Of a stretch of DNA of 64,000 bases, positions 17,536 through 27,417 are shown in pieces; position 1 is the stretch's first letter, and each line of letters opens with the position of its first letter. The stretch lies in the NCBI GenBank assembly GCA_045635805.1, contig JAZTWI010000001.1:213627-277626 (forward strand), given 5' to 3'. Position numbers and translations under genes: made by a program. The DNA is from Clostridia bacterium (GTDB taxonomy: Bacteria; Bacillota; Clostridia; Christensenellales; UBA1242). The notes below the pieces were generated by a model. It was not told the DNA's origin. It did no database searches and saw nothing but the letters and a program-made list of their open reading frames with translations.

Positions 17536-18084
17536 ATGAGAAATGGTAAAATGACTTATGAGGAGTTTGAGTCTTTATTAAAAAAGATTAAAAAATCGAA
17601 AAGACCAGATATTATGGAATATCTAGATAGAATAAAGACCGAGTCAAGAGTTCAATACAAAGAAGACAATGATAATGATGCAAATTTAATAGAAGCAACA
17701 GAAGATATATTTAAAAAAGAAGATTTTGCTCTTGAGCATGTTATGGCTAGTTCAATAGTGTCTACAGGAATGACTTTAGCTGTTGGTGCATTATCTATGG
17801 CAATTGCTCCAGCGGTGGCTGTATTTAGTCATGATTCTGCTAGGGAATATATGAAAACAGTTGGTTCTGCAGCAGGTGGATTACTAGGTGGTCAAGTTGC
17901 TATTTCTATACTTGCAACTAAATTTCATCAAGCGTGCGCAAATTATCAATTAAAGAAAGAACTAAAGAATCATCTTAAGACTAAATTTTCAAATCAAGTG
18001 AAAAGAGATGTTGATAGGTTAGAACTAAGAGAAGTTCCGGACTGCGGACTAAGATTGGTAGAAGAGAAAGACTTTATTGCTTAA
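17536..18084 (+). CDS. hypothetical Gly/Ala-zipper membrane protein (paralogue A)
   Basis: 182 aa. AGGGGA RBS, helical N-terminus (YEEFESLLKK), hydrophobic Gly/Ala-rich segments (VSTGMTLAVGALSMAIA, GSAAGGLLGG) and a basic tail ending LELREVPD. Confidence 0.6.
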   Translation: MRNGKMTYEEFESLLKKIKKSKRPDIMEYLDRIKTESRVQYKEDNDNDANLIEATEDIFKKEDFALEHVMASSIVSTGMTLAVGALSMAIAPAVAVFSHDSAREYMKTVGSAAGGLLGGQVAISILATKFHQACANYQLKKELKNHLKTKFSNQVKRDVDRLELREVPDCGLRLVEEKDFIA

Positions 18085-18120
18085 TTATTAAAATATATAG
18101 TGTTATGCAAACATATAAAA

Positions 18121-18147
18121 AGCCAGGTATTTTACTTGGTTTTTTTA
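18121..18147 (+). terminator. Rho-independent terminator
   Basis: CCAGGTA/TACTTGG hairpin (one G-U pair) followed by T7. Confidence 0.65.
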
Positions 18148-18173
18148 AGGTCTAATTAATTTTAGGATAGGTA

Positions 18174-18202
18174 TTGAAATCGCATATAAAATATGTTATA
18201 AT
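18174..18202 (+). promoter_or_regulatory. sigma-A promoter of small membrane protein B
   Basis: TTGAAA-17 nt-TATAAT. The track TTG start at 18205 lies immediately after the -10 box and cannot be real. Confidence 0.55.
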
Positions 18203-18237
18203 ATTTGTATACCAAACGAGAAAGGAGAGGTATAAAA

Positions 18238-18645
18238 ATGAAAAATTATGAAGAATTATTAAAACACGCAAGGGAAACACAGATGGCTCAAAGTAAGTTA
18301 GGTCAACCTGCTAAAGAAGAGTCTAAGTTTATAGATTGTGTTCAAACTATGGATATATTAGAGAAAAGAGAGAAGACTAATTTAGAGGGTGCATATGTTT
18401 CAACATTAGTTACTGAGGCTATTGCTACAGGTGCATTATCTTTAGGTACTGCTGCTACCACTGGTAGTCTAGGTAGTGCTTTAGGTGTATTTACTCTAGG
18501 ATTAGCAACTATGGGTGCTACTAGTACTTATAAAGCAATTAAGGACTATTTAATCTCTAAGAAGTACCAAAAAGAAAGAAACGGCCTTGCGTCACAGTAT
18601 CAGGCTTACCTAGATTCTAGAGAAGAACCTGACTTTACTAAATAA
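18238..18645 (+). CDS. hypothetical Gly/Ala-zipper membrane protein (paralogue B)
   Basis: ATG 18238 follows AAAGGAGAGG. 135 aa with N-terminal YEELLKH, then VSTLVTEAIATGALSLGTAATTGSLGSALGVFTLGLATMGATS and a tail ending LDSREEPD. Confidence 0.6.
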   Translation: MKNYEELLKHARETQMAQSKLGQPAKEESKFIDCVQTMDILEKREKTNLEGAYVSTLVTEAIATGALSLGTAATTGSLGSALGVFTLGLATMGATSTYKAIKDYLISKKYQKERNGLASQYQAYLDSREEPDFTK

Positions 18646-18664
18646 AAAATTAATAAGATTATAG

Positions 18665-18695
18665 TACCATAAACTAGTTTTATGGTATTTTTTTT
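18665..18695 (+). terminator. Rho-independent terminator
   Basis: TACCATAAA-5 nt-TTTATGGTA followed by T8. Confidence 0.8.
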
Positions 18696-18712
18696 GTTCC
18701 GTGGCTATTTTC

Positions 18713-18741
18713 TTGATAAAAATGACTTTTGGGTGTATACT
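18713..18741 (+). promoter_or_regulatory. sigma-A-type promoter of plsX
   Basis: TTGATA-17 nt-TATACT. Confidence 0.45.
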
Positions 18742-18772
18742 ATAATGTGATTAATTAGAATTAGGAGATACT

Positions 18773-19795
18773 ATGGTAAAGATAGTAATTGATGGATTTG
18801 GTGGAGATAACGCTCCTTTTGAGATTGTAAAAGGTGCTGTTGCTGCTATTAATGCAAATAATGATATTCATATTGTAATAACCGGCAAAGAAGGTATTTT
18901 AAGAGAAGAATTTGATAAGTATTCTTATAATAAAGAGCAGGTTACTATAATAAATGCAGAGTCTGTAATTACTAATGATGATGTTCCAACCACAGCAATT
19001 AGGACTAAAAGAGATAGTTCCCTAGTTGTTGCTTTTGATTATGCTAGAGAAAATGATGATTGTGTTGGTGTTATCAGTGCGGGTTCTACTGGTGCTGTGC
19101 TTACAGGTGCATTTATGAAATGTGGCAGACTAAAGGGGATACATAGACCAGCACTTTGTCCTGTTTTTCCAACTAGAAAGGGTAGTTTGGTTTGTATCTG
19201 CGATAGTGGTGCAAATATGGACTGTAAACCAGAGTATCTAGAGCAATTTGCTTTGATGGGCTCAGCATATTTAAAGACACTAGGAGTAGAGAATCCAAGG
19301 GTTGCTCAATTAAATGTTGGTACAGAAGACCATAAGGGAGACGCTAGAGCAAAAGAATCTTTTGAACTCCTAAAAAATTTAGGAGATAGAATAAATTTTG
19401 TTGGTAATATGGAAGCAAGAGACTTACTTTCTGGAGATTACGACTTAATAGTTACAGATGGTTTTGCAGGAAACGTTCTTCTTAAGAGTACCGAAGGTGC
19501 AGTAAAAAATCTTCTTGGGATGTTAAAAGATGAGATTAAGTCTAGTTTTATATCAAAAATCGGTGCACTATTTATGAAAAAGTCTTTCGGTAATTTAAAG
19601 AAAAAGATGGACTATAATAAGTATGGTGGCGCAGTACTTCTAGGCTGTAAGAAATTGATTGTTAAATGCCACGGTAGTAGTAAAGATACTAGTATTATGG
19701 CGGCAATAGACCAGGTATATAAGATGAGCAAAGGTAATCTAGTAGAGAATATCTCTAATAACTTAGGTGTAATGGGAATTGAAGAAAATGAGTAA
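18773..19795 (+). CDS. plsX: phosphate acyltransferase PlsX
   Basis: MVKIVIDGFGGDNAP N-terminus and GFAGNVLLKSTEG motif; 340 aa. Confidence 0.95.
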   Translation: MVKIVIDGFGGDNAPFEIVKGAVAAINANNDIHIVITGKEGILREEFDKYSYNKEQVTIINAESVITNDDVPTTAIRTKRDSSLVVAFDYARENDDCVGVISAGSTGAVLTGAFMKCGRLKGIHRPALCPVFPTRKGSLVCICDSGANMDCKPEYLEQFALMGSAYLKTLGVENPRVAQLNVGTEDHKGDARAKESFELLKNLGDRINFVGNMEARDLLSGDYDLIVTDGFAGNVLLKSTEGAVKNLLGMLKDEIKSSFISKIGALFMKKSFGNLKKKMDYNKYGGAVLLGCKKLIVKCHGSSKDTSIMAAIDQVYKMSKGNLVENISNNLGVMGIEENE

Positions 19796-20450
19796 TTTAG
19801 AGAACTTACAGAAAGACATTGGTTATAGGTTTAATGATATTTCTTTACTTGAGACTGCTATAACTCATATTAGTTATGCTAGAGAGAATAGTGTGGAAAG
19901 TTACGAGAGATTGGAGTTCTTGGGCGACGCAGTTCTAGAGATGATTGTGACTGATGTTATTTATAGAAATTACAATCTTCCAGCAGGTAAGTCTTCTAAG
20001 TTTAGAGCTGGTCTAGTATCAACTGAAAATCTATGTAATATAGCCATAAAATTAGGATTGCATAATATTATAAAGAAGTCAAAATCTCTGTCACAAATTA
20101 GCAAGAAAACAACAGCAGATTTATTTGAGAGTTTGCTAGGAGCTGTGTATCTAGATGGTGGCATAGATGCTGTTATTAAGGTTATAGATGAGTTTGTTAT
20201 AATCGACAAAGATAACCTAGACACACACTTAAATAGTTGTGAAGATGCCAAGACTTCTCTGCAAGAGTTGCTTCAAGCAGTAGGGCAGACATTTGAGTAT
20301 AAACTTATCAAATCAGTTGGTATGGACCACGAAAAGACCTTTGAAGTGGAACTTATCATTGATGGAAAATCGGTAAGTACAGGTAGGTCTACTAGCATAC
20401 AGTCTGCCGAAGAAATGGCGGCAAGTCAGTATCTAAAATCAATTAAGTAA
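19788..20450 (+). CDS. rnc: ribonuclease III
   Basis: ERLEFLGDAVLE signature and a C-terminal dsRBD. ATG 19788 overlaps the plsX end by 8 nt (alternative TTG at 19779). Confidence 0.9.
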   Translation: MSNLENLQKDIGYRFNDISLLETAITHISYARENSVESYERLEFLGDAVLEMIVTDVIYRNYNLPAGKSSKFRAGLVSTENLCNIAIKLGLHNIIKKSKSLSQISKKTTADLFESLLGAVYLDGGIDAVIKVIDEFVIIDKDNLDTHLNSCEDAKTSLQELLQAVGQTFEYKLIKSVGMDHEKTFEVELIIDGKSVSTGRSTSIQSAEEMAASQYLKSIK

Positions 20451-20456
20451 AATATG

Positions 20457-20484
20457 GGGCATATCGGCAGATATGCTCTTTTTT
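20457..20484 (+). terminator. Rho-independent terminator after rnc
   Basis: GGGCATATC-GGCA-GATATGCTC followed by T6. Confidence 0.7.
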
Positions 20485-20574
20485 AATATTATTTTATAAT
20501 ATTAATTACTTTGTTTGTGTTTTGGGTGAAAATTTGTTAAAATACTAAGTGCAATAATTTTTTTGGAGTTAGAA

Positions 20575-23500
20575 ATGAACCTAAAAAGAATAGAAATGGT
20601 GGGATTTAAATCCTTTGCCGATTATCAAAAAATTGAATTTGAAGATGGTATTACAGCGATTGTTGGACCTAATGGTTGTGGTAAAAGTAACGTTGCTGAT
20701 GCTATTAGATGGGTTCTTGGTGAGCAGAGAAGTAAAGAGCTTAGAGGCTCAAATATGCAGGATGTTATCTTTAAGGGAACTGAGAAGAGAAAGGGACTTA
20801 GCTTCTGTGAAGTGTCTCTTACTTTTGATAACACTAATAGAATCTTCAATGTAGACTATAACGAAATTGTCATTACCAGAAAATTATATCGTAGTGGAGA
20901 GAGTGAGTATCTTATCAATAAGACTCCAGCAAGGCTTAAGGATATTGTTAATATTCTTCATGATAGTGGTGTTGGTAAGAATGGTTACTCTATCATCGGT
21001 CAGGGTATGGTAGGCAAGATTGTTAATAGTAAGCCAGAAGATAGAAGGGTAATATTCGAAGAAGCTGCTGGTATTTCTAAGTTCAAATCAAAGAAGGTAG
21101 AAGCAGAGAGAAAGCTTCTAAATACTCAAGATAACCTAAATAGAATTAATGATTTGATTAGTGAAATTGATAGACAATTAAAGCCACTTAGAGAACAGGC
21201 TGAGACAGCTAAGATTTACTATGAGTATAAGGAAAGACTAAAGGCTCTAGAAGTCAACCTATATATCTACCAATACGATACCGCTAGTGATACAAAGAAC
21301 GCAATCTTAGAGAAAATTAATTCCATCGTAGAAGAATTAGAGTATAGGATTAAAGAAAAAGAAAAGGCAGACATTTTATATAACGAAGCCTTTGAAAAAG
21401 TCGGTACTCTAGATATCGATATTTCTGCTCTAAAAGATAAGATTATGGAGCTTAATATCGCTATTACTAAGCATTCAGGCGATATATCACTACAAAAGGA
21501 AAAATATTCTAACTTAAAGCAAGAGAATGATAGGTTAGTTGGTGAGATTGATAGAATTAAGGCGTCTAAAGAAATTACTCAAAATTCACTATTTGATATT
21601 GAAAGTGGAATTAAGAATAAACAAATAGATTTAATGACCAAGAAATCTCAAGTTGCCGACTTAAATGAGAAATACACAGTAGTATCTGATGAATTAAAAT
21701 TAGGCGAAGATGAAGCTGCTGCGGTTCAGCAAAAAATCATCGATGACCTAGAAGCATTAGGAGATGTAAAAGCGCAAATTTCAGCACTTAATGCAGAGAA
21801 AAACAGTTACGAGAAATCTCTATCCGAACTTGAAGAAATGCAGAGAGATATTAATGAGAAATTCTCTCAGTCAAAGTCAAAACAAGCAGAGAGTTCTACT
21901 GCACTTCTTGCTCTTAAGCAAAATCGAAATAGATTAGAGAGCGACTTAAATGAAAAAATTGTTCATCAAGATAACTTACAGGTAGACGTTAAATCTATTG
22001 AGTCTGTTATTAATGAACTTTCTAGTAACATCCTAACTCTTGAGCATAGAAAGAAAATGTTAGAAGAGTACGCTAGGGAATACGAAGGCTTCAATGGTAC
22101 AGTTAAGAGACTTCTTACTGATGCAGAAAAGAATAATGATATCAAGAATAGAATAGTAGGTGTACTTGCTAGTCTTATCAAAGTTCCTGCAACATACCAG
22201 ACAGCAGTAGAGACAGCGCTTGGTAATGCAGTACAAAATATCGTTACAACTAGTGATGAGAATGCTAAATACCTTATCAATTACTTGAAACAAAGAGATT
22301 ATGGTAGGGCTACATTCTTACCAATCAATACTATTAAGCCAAGATATTTCAATAACGGCGATAGAAGACTACTTTCTATGGAAGGTTGTTTTGGTCTTGC
22401 TAGTGAACTTATCGAGTATGATAAGTCATTAAATAACGTTATCAGTAGTCTACTTGGAACTACTCTTATTGCAAATAATATGACATCAGCATTAAATATT
22501 GCTAGAAGTTGTAATTTTGCGTATAGAATAGCAACTCTAGATGGCGACATTATCTCTCCACAGGGTAGTTTGACCGGTGGTAGTAAAAAGGCACAAGTAA
22601 CTAACTTACTTGGTAGACAAACCGAAATTGAGAATTGTGCTAAGGTAATTGAAAAATTAACTAGAAACAGACAAGAAAAGACAAAAGAATATAACGAGAC
22701 TATTGAACTCTTAAAAGAGCTTAATGCTAAAATTAAAGAGATGTCTGATAAACTTCATAATCTAGATATTGAGATTGCTAGTGAAACAGAGAGAAATGAC
22801 AAATATAGCACAGTATGTAATGATTACGAAGAAGAGAGAAACAAGGTTTCTGGTAATATTGGTAAGAATAAACAAATTCTAGAAGGTATTATTAATCAAT
22901 TAAATAGAATTTCTGATGAGAAGACAACTATCTCTATTAGTGAAGAAGTTGCATCTAATACTTCACAGTTTACCGAACTTAAGAATCAAAAAGAAGAGTA
23001 TTCTAATAAGATTACTGCACTCAAGGTTGAGATTGCAACACTAGAATCAGTACTTCTAGGTTACGAGCAGGATAGGGTGAGACTCACCGAAAATCTAGCT
23101 GCAGCGAGTGAGCAATTAGAGTTAATTGAGAATGCTTGGAGTAAAAATAATCAAGCATTAATGGTTGCAGAGAATAATATGGTTGCTAGTGAAACTAGTC
23201 TAGAGCATAATGAAAATTATGATATCTTAAAGAGAACTGAGAGAGAACTAGCAGAGAGAGAACAGGAGAAGGCTAATATCAACGAAGATATCAGAAGACT
23301 AGATGATTCTAGAACAAGACTTCTAAACGAAGTTAATATTCTTCAAGATAGAAAGTATAAGCAAGATATCGCATTGTCCAAGGTTGATACAGATATCGAG
23401 ACAATGCAGGAGAGAGTATGGACCGAATATGGTATGACATACGACTCAGCACTTGCGCTTAAAGACCCAGAGTTTGATGATAGACTAGGTAGGTCAGAGA

Positions 23501-24150
23501 TTACTAAGATTAAGAAAGATATCGCAGCCCTTGGACATATTAACGAACGAGCAATCGAAGATTGCAAGGCATTAGAAGAGAGATTTGGTAAAATGTACGA
23601 CCAGTCTCAAGACTTAATCAAGGCAGAAGCTGACTTAAAGAGAATTATCAAAGACCTATCTAACGAGATGATTGTTAGATTCCAGACTGAGTTTGATAAG
23701 ATTAATACTAACTTTGGTATTGTATTCAAAGAGTTATTTGGTGGCGGAAATGCTAGACTTGAGATTATGGATAGCGAAGATAGGTTAGAAGCAGGTATCG
23801 AGATTAAGGCTGAACCACCAGAGAAGAAATTAAGTAATACATCACTACTTAGTGGTGGTGAACAGGCGTTAGTAGCTATTGCTATTCTATTTGCAATACT
23901 TAGACTAAGACCTATGCCATTTAGTTTACTAGACGAGATAGAAGCGCCACTAGACGAAGCAAACGTAACTAGACTAGCTAAATATCTTAAGAGATATTCT
24001 CACGAAACACAATTTATCGTTATTACTCACAAAAAGCCTACTATGGAACACGCAGATACTCTATATGGTGTTACTATGGAAGAGAAGGGTGTAAGTAAAT
24101 TGGTTTCTGTTAAACTTAATGACGCAATTAAAAATACGGAGCAAAAATAA
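20575..24150 (+). CDS. smc: chromosome segregation protein SMC
   Basis: GPNGCGKSN Walker A, long coiled coils, a hinge, LSGGEQ signature and LLDEIEAPLD Walker B. ATG 20575 sits 6 nt after GGAG. Confidence 0.95.
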   Translation: MNLKRIEMVGFKSFADYQKIEFEDGITAIVGPNGCGKSNVADAIRWVLGEQRSKELRGSNMQDVIFKGTEKRKGLSFCEVSLTFDNTNRIFNVDYNEIVITRKLYRSGESEYLINKTPARLKDIVNILHDSGVGKNGYSIIGQGMVGKIVNSKPEDRRVIFEEAAGISKFKSKKVEAERKLLNTQDNLNRINDLISEIDRQLKPLREQAETAKIYYEYKERLKALEVNLYIYQYDTASDTKNAILEKINSIVEELEYRIKEKEKADILYNEAFEKVGTLDIDISALKDKIMELNIAITKHSGDISLQKEKYSNLKQENDRLVGEIDRIKASKEITQNSLFDIESGIKNKQIDLMTKKSQVADLNEKYTVVSDELKLGEDEAAAVQQKIIDDLEALGDVKAQISALNAEKNSYEKSLSELEEMQRDINEKFSQSKSKQAESSTALLALKQNRNRLESDLNEKIVHQDNLQVDVKSIESVINELSSNILTLEHRKKMLEEYAREYEGFNGTVKRLLTDAEKNNDIKNRIVGVLASLIKVPATYQTAVETALGNAVQNIVTTSDENAKYLINYLKQRDYGRATFLPINTIKPRYFNNGDRRLLSMEGCFGLASELIEYDKSLNNVISSLLGTTLIANNMTSALNIARSCNFAYRIATLDGDIISPQGSLTGGSKKAQVTNLLGRQTEIENCAKVIEKLTRNRQEKTKEYNETIELLKELNAKIKEMSDKLHNLDIEIASETERNDKYSTVCNDYEEERNKVSGNIGKNKQILEGIINQLNRISDEKTTISISEEVASNTSQFTELKNQKEEYSNKITALKVEIATLESVLLGYEQDRVRLTENLAAASEQLELIENAWSKNNQALMVAENNMVASETSLEHNENYDILKRTERELAEREQEKANINEDIRRLDDSRTRLLNEVNILQDRKYKQDIALSKVDTDIETMQERVWTEYGMTYDSALALKDPEFDDRLGRSEITKIKKDIAALGHINERAIEDCKALEERFGKMYDQSQDLIKAEADLKRIIKDLSNEMIVRFQTEFDKINTNFGIVFKELFGGGNARLEIMDSEDRLEAGIEIKAEPPEKKLSNTSLLSGGEQALVAIAILFAILRLRPMPFSLLDEIEAPLDEANVTRLAKYLKRYSHETQFIVITHKKPTMEHADTLYGVTMEEKGVSKLVSVKLNDAIKNTEQK

Positions 24151-25037
24151 TGGGAATTTTTTCTAAATTTTTTGGAGCATTAAAGAAGACTAAAGATGCT
24201 ATTTCTCAGAAAATTACACAGATTTTCGTTGGCGAACTTGATGATGATTTTTATGAAGAATTAGAGTTTGTTCTAGTTTCTAGTGATATAGGAACAGAAG
24301 CAAGTTCTGAAATAGTAGAAGGCGTTAAGGCTCTAGCAAAAAAGAAAAAAATTAAAACAGAAGAAGAATTTAAAGAAATCTTGAGAGAAGCAATGGCAGA
24401 CCTTCTTACTTTCGAGCAAGAAGAGATGCCAGAGCCAACTCTATATACCATTATCGGTGTTAATGGAGTAGGTAAGACCACAGCTATAGGTAAACTTGCT
24501 TATAGATTCAAGAAAGAGAAAAAATCAGTACTAATGGTAGCAGCAGATACATTTAGGGCGGCTGCTAGTGAACAACTATACGAGTGGAGCAAAAGGGCTG
24601 GAACTAGAATTGTTAAATATAGCGAAGGCGCAGACCCAGGCGCTGTAGTATTTGATGGTATCAGGAGTGCAGTTGCAAAAAAAGATGATATTGTCCTAGT
24701 TGACACTGCCGGTAGACTACATAATAAAGTAGGTCTTATGGAAGAACTAAAGAAAATCGGTAAAATTATCGATAAAGAATGGAATGGTTCTGTTCAGAAC
24801 TACTTAGTAATAGATGCGACAACCGGTCAAAATGCTCTACAACAGGTAGAAGTATTTAATGAAATAATGCCTTTAGATGGTATAATCCTTACTAAACTAG
24901 ACGGTTCTAGTAAGGGTGGTGTGGTATTCGCTATTGCAAAGAAATACGGAATACCTATCAAATTTGTTGGTGTTGGTGAGTCTGTAGACGATATAGAACC
25001 ATTTGACGCCGAAGAATTTGTAAAAAATATAATTTAG
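24150..25037 (+). CDS. ftsY: signal recognition particle receptor FtsY (short form)
   Basis: GVNGVGKTT, DTAGR and TKLDG motifs. Overlaps the smc stop by 1 nt. Confidence 0.95.
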   Translation: MGIFSKFFGALKKTKDAISQKITQIFVGELDDDFYEELEFVLVSSDIGTEASSEIVEGVKALAKKKKIKTEEEFKEILREAMADLLTFEQEEMPEPTLYTIIGVNGVGKTTAIGKLAYRFKKEKKSVLMVAADTFRAAASEQLYEWSKRAGTRIVKYSEGADPGAVVFDGIRSAVAKKDDIVLVDTAGRLHNKVGLMEELKKIGKIIDKEWNGSVQNYLVIDATTGQNALQQVEVFNEIMPLDGIILTKLDGSSKGGVVFAIAKKYGIPIKFVGVGESVDDIEPFDAEEFVKNII

Positions 25038-25051
25038 TCAAGTAAAAAGTA

Positions 25052-25080
25052 TTGACAACGCTATATTTATAAGATATAAT
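25052..25080 (+). promoter_or_regulatory. sigma-A promoter of ylxM-ffh operon
   Basis: TTGACA-17 nt-TATAAT, perfect hexamers. Confidence 0.6.
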
Positions 25081-25133
25081 ACTGCTGTAAAGTTGAAATG
25101 CTTTACAAGGTTATTAATCTTTAAGGTGTTGTT

Positions 25134-25457
25134 ATGAGTATAGATGAGAACTTAAAAATAGTTAGATTAATAGACAGTTATGGTTCAGTTCTAACAGAGA
25201 AACAGTTTTCAATTATCAGTAACTACTATTTTGATAATCTTACCTATGCTGAGATTGGCGAAAATATGGGGATTAGTAGGCAGGCTGTCAGTGATAGCAT
25301 TAATCAGTCTATTAAGACTATGAAGGGTTTAGAAGAGAAATTAGGTCTCATATCTAAGTTTGATTCTATGCTAGAAGATTTAAGCCAGGTCGCAGATAAG
25401 ATGAGTGAAGAAGGAAAAATGGAGTTATTGCAAGTTATCGAAAAATATAGGAGATAA
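25134..25457 (+). CDS. ylxM: YlxM/UPF0122 putative DNA-binding protein
   Basis: 107 aa. Sigma-70 region-4-like HTH (LTYAEIGENMGISRQAVSDSI) in the conserved position upstream of ffh. Confidence 0.8.
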   Translation: MSIDENLKIVRLIDSYGSVLTEKQFSIISNYYFDNLTYAEIGENMGISRQAVSDSINQSIKTMKGLEEKLGLISKFDSMLEDLSQVADKMSEEGKMELLQVIEKYRR

Positions 25458-25458
25458 T

Positions 25459-26787
25459 ATGGCTTTATTTGGAACACTTGGAGAGAAACTAAGTCATGTG
25501 TTTAGTAAGATTACTAAGAGAGGCACATTAACAGAACTAGAGATTAAGAATGCCATGAGAGAGATTAAACTAGTCCTACTTGAAGCAGACGTTAACTATC
25601 TAGTAGTTAAGGACTTTGTTAGCAAGGTAACTGAGAAATGTATGGGAGAGAGAGTACTTAAGTCTTTAACTCCAGGACAACAGGTTATCAAGATTGTTAA
25701 CGAAGAACTAACAGCCTTAATGGGTACAACTAATGCTAAACTAGCCGTTGCTAGTAAACCACCAACAGTTATAATGATGTGTGGTTTGCAGGGTGCAGGT
25801 AAGACAACAATGTGTGGTAAACTTGCTAAGATGCTTAAAAAGCAGGGCAAGAAACCAATGCTTGTAGGTTGTGACATTTATAGACCAGCAGCTATCAATC
25901 AATTAAAAGTTGTAGGTAAGTCAGTAGATGTTGAGACTTATGACGAAGGCACTAATAAACCACATAAGACAGCTATAAATGCTATTAAATATGCTGAGAA
26001 GAAAGGTTACGATACAGTTATCATAGATACTGCAGGTAGACTACAGATTGACGAAGAACTAATGGACGAATTACTAGATATCAAGAAAGCAGTTAGTCCT
26101 ACAGAAATCCTACTCACTGTTGATAGTATGATAGGTCAGGAGTCAGTTAACGTTGCATCTACATTTAATGATAAATTAGATATTACAGGCGTAATACTAA
26201 CTAAATTAGATGGTGACACTAGGGGTGGTGCGGCTCTATCTATTAGAGCAGTTACAGGCAAACCAATCAAATTCTGTGGTGTTGGTGAGAAAATGGACGA
26301 TATTGAGCCATTTTATCCAGACAGAATGGCTAGCAGAATTCTTGATATGGGTGATGTACTATCACTTATTGAGAAGGCTCAAGCTAATTACACAGAAGAA
26401 GAAGCAAGAAAACTAGAACAGAAACTTAGAAATAATAGCTTTACACTAGATGATTACTTAGTTCAATTTGAACAATTAAGCAAGATGGGTAGTATCACAG
26501 ACCTACTTGCAATGATTCCTGGTGCTAATAAGTTAAAACTCAATGCTAATTCTATTGACGAGAAACAATTAGCGAGAAATAAATCAATCATACTTAGTAT
26601 GACTAAGAAAGAAAGATTGGACCCAGATATCATTAAGGGTAGTCACAAGAGAAGAATTGCAGCCGGTAGTGGAACAACTATTCAGGATGTAAATATTCTG
26701 CTTAAACAATTCAATCAATCTAGAGAATTGATGAAGCAGATGAACGGTAAGAAGAAGGGCTTAGGCGGCTTTAGATTACCATTTTAA
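25459..26787 (+). CDS. ffh: signal recognition particle protein Ffh
   Basis: MALFGTLGEKLS start after GGAG. Motifs GLQGAGKTT, DTAGR and TKLDGD, plus a Met-rich M domain. The track start 25405 is an upstream extension overlapping ylxM. Confidence 0.95.
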   Translation: MALFGTLGEKLSHVFSKITKRGTLTELEIKNAMREIKLVLLEADVNYLVVKDFVSKVTEKCMGERVLKSLTPGQQVIKIVNEELTALMGTTNAKLAVASKPPTVIMMCGLQGAGKTTMCGKLAKMLKKQGKKPMLVGCDIYRPAAINQLKVVGKSVDVETYDEGTNKPHKTAINAIKYAEKKGYDTVIIDTAGRLQIDEELMDELLDIKKAVSPTEILLTVDSMIGQESVNVASTFNDKLDITGVILTKLDGDTRGGAALSIRAVTGKPIKFCGVGEKMDDIEPFYPDRMASRILDMGDVLSLIEKAQANYTEEEARKLEQKLRNNSFTLDDYLVQFEQLSKMGSITDLLAMIPGANKLKLNANSIDEKQLARNKSIILSMTKKERLDPDIIKGSHKRRIAAGSGTTIQDVNILLKQFNQSRELMKQMNGKKKGLGGFRLPF

Positions 26788-26846
26788 TTAGTTTTAAAAT
26801 TTTTTTGGAAAGCCAATAAAAATTAATATATAAAAGGAGAAAATAT

Positions 26847-27143
26847 ATGGCAGTTAAAATTAGACTTACTCGTATGGGAGACAAAAAATCACCTTTCTAT
26901 CGTATCGTAGTTGCAGATTCTAGAAAGTCTAGAGATGGTGCATATATCGAGAAATTAGGAACATTTAATCCACTTACTGAGCCAGCTCAAGTTACTCTTG
27001 ATGTTGAGAGAGCAAAAGCTTGGTTAGCAAATGGTGCGCAACCAACAGAGACAGCTAGAACTCTTCTTGTTAAACAAGGCGTCCTTGCACCTATCGCAAA
27101 AAATGCTCCAAAGTCAGACAAAAAGAAAAAAGAAAGTAAGTAA
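26847..27143 (+). CDS. rpsP: 30S ribosomal protein S16
   Basis: [26 protein letters not shown]. Confidence 0.95.
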   Translation: MAVKIRLTRMGDKKSPFYRIVVADSRKSRDGAYIEKLGTFNPLTEPAQVTLDVERAKAWLANGAQPTETARTLLVKQGVLAPIAKNAPKSDKKKKESK

Positions 27144-27159
27144 TTTGGAGATATAAAAA

Positions 27160-27399
27160 ATGGTTGAATTAGTTAAATATATTGTTGGTGAACTAGTAGA
27201 GAATAAGGAAGCAATCGAAGTAACAGAAAAGGAAGAATCTCCTAAGGTTACTGTACTTTCTGTGACTGTTGACAAAGACGATGTTGGTAGAGTTATCGGC
27301 AGAAATGGTAAAGTTGCTAATAGCTTAAGAACAATTGTTAAGTCTGCTAGTATCAAGTCAGGCAAGAGATTTATCGTAAAAATAGGAGAAAGAGATTAA
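27160..27399 (+). CDS. KH-domain RNA-binding protein (YlqC-like)
   Basis: 79 aa with VGRVIGRNGKVANSLRTIV (GxxG KH motif), in the conserved rpsP-KH-rimM order. Confidence 0.85.
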   Translation: MVELVKYIVGELVENKEAIEVTEKEESPKVTVLSVTVDKDDVGRVIGRNGKVANSLRTIVKSASIKSGKRFIVKIGERD

Positions 27400-27417
27400 T
27401 TTTCTCTTATTTTTATT

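Noticed and set aside
15850-25458. N-terminal extensions suggested by the track: ackA from 15850, smc from 20563, ffh from 25405, small protein B from 18205, and similarly 5663, 55369 and 48343.
   Set aside because: Canonical protein N-termini with proper RBSs occur at internal ATGs. The extensions overlap upstream genes or promoter -10 boxes.
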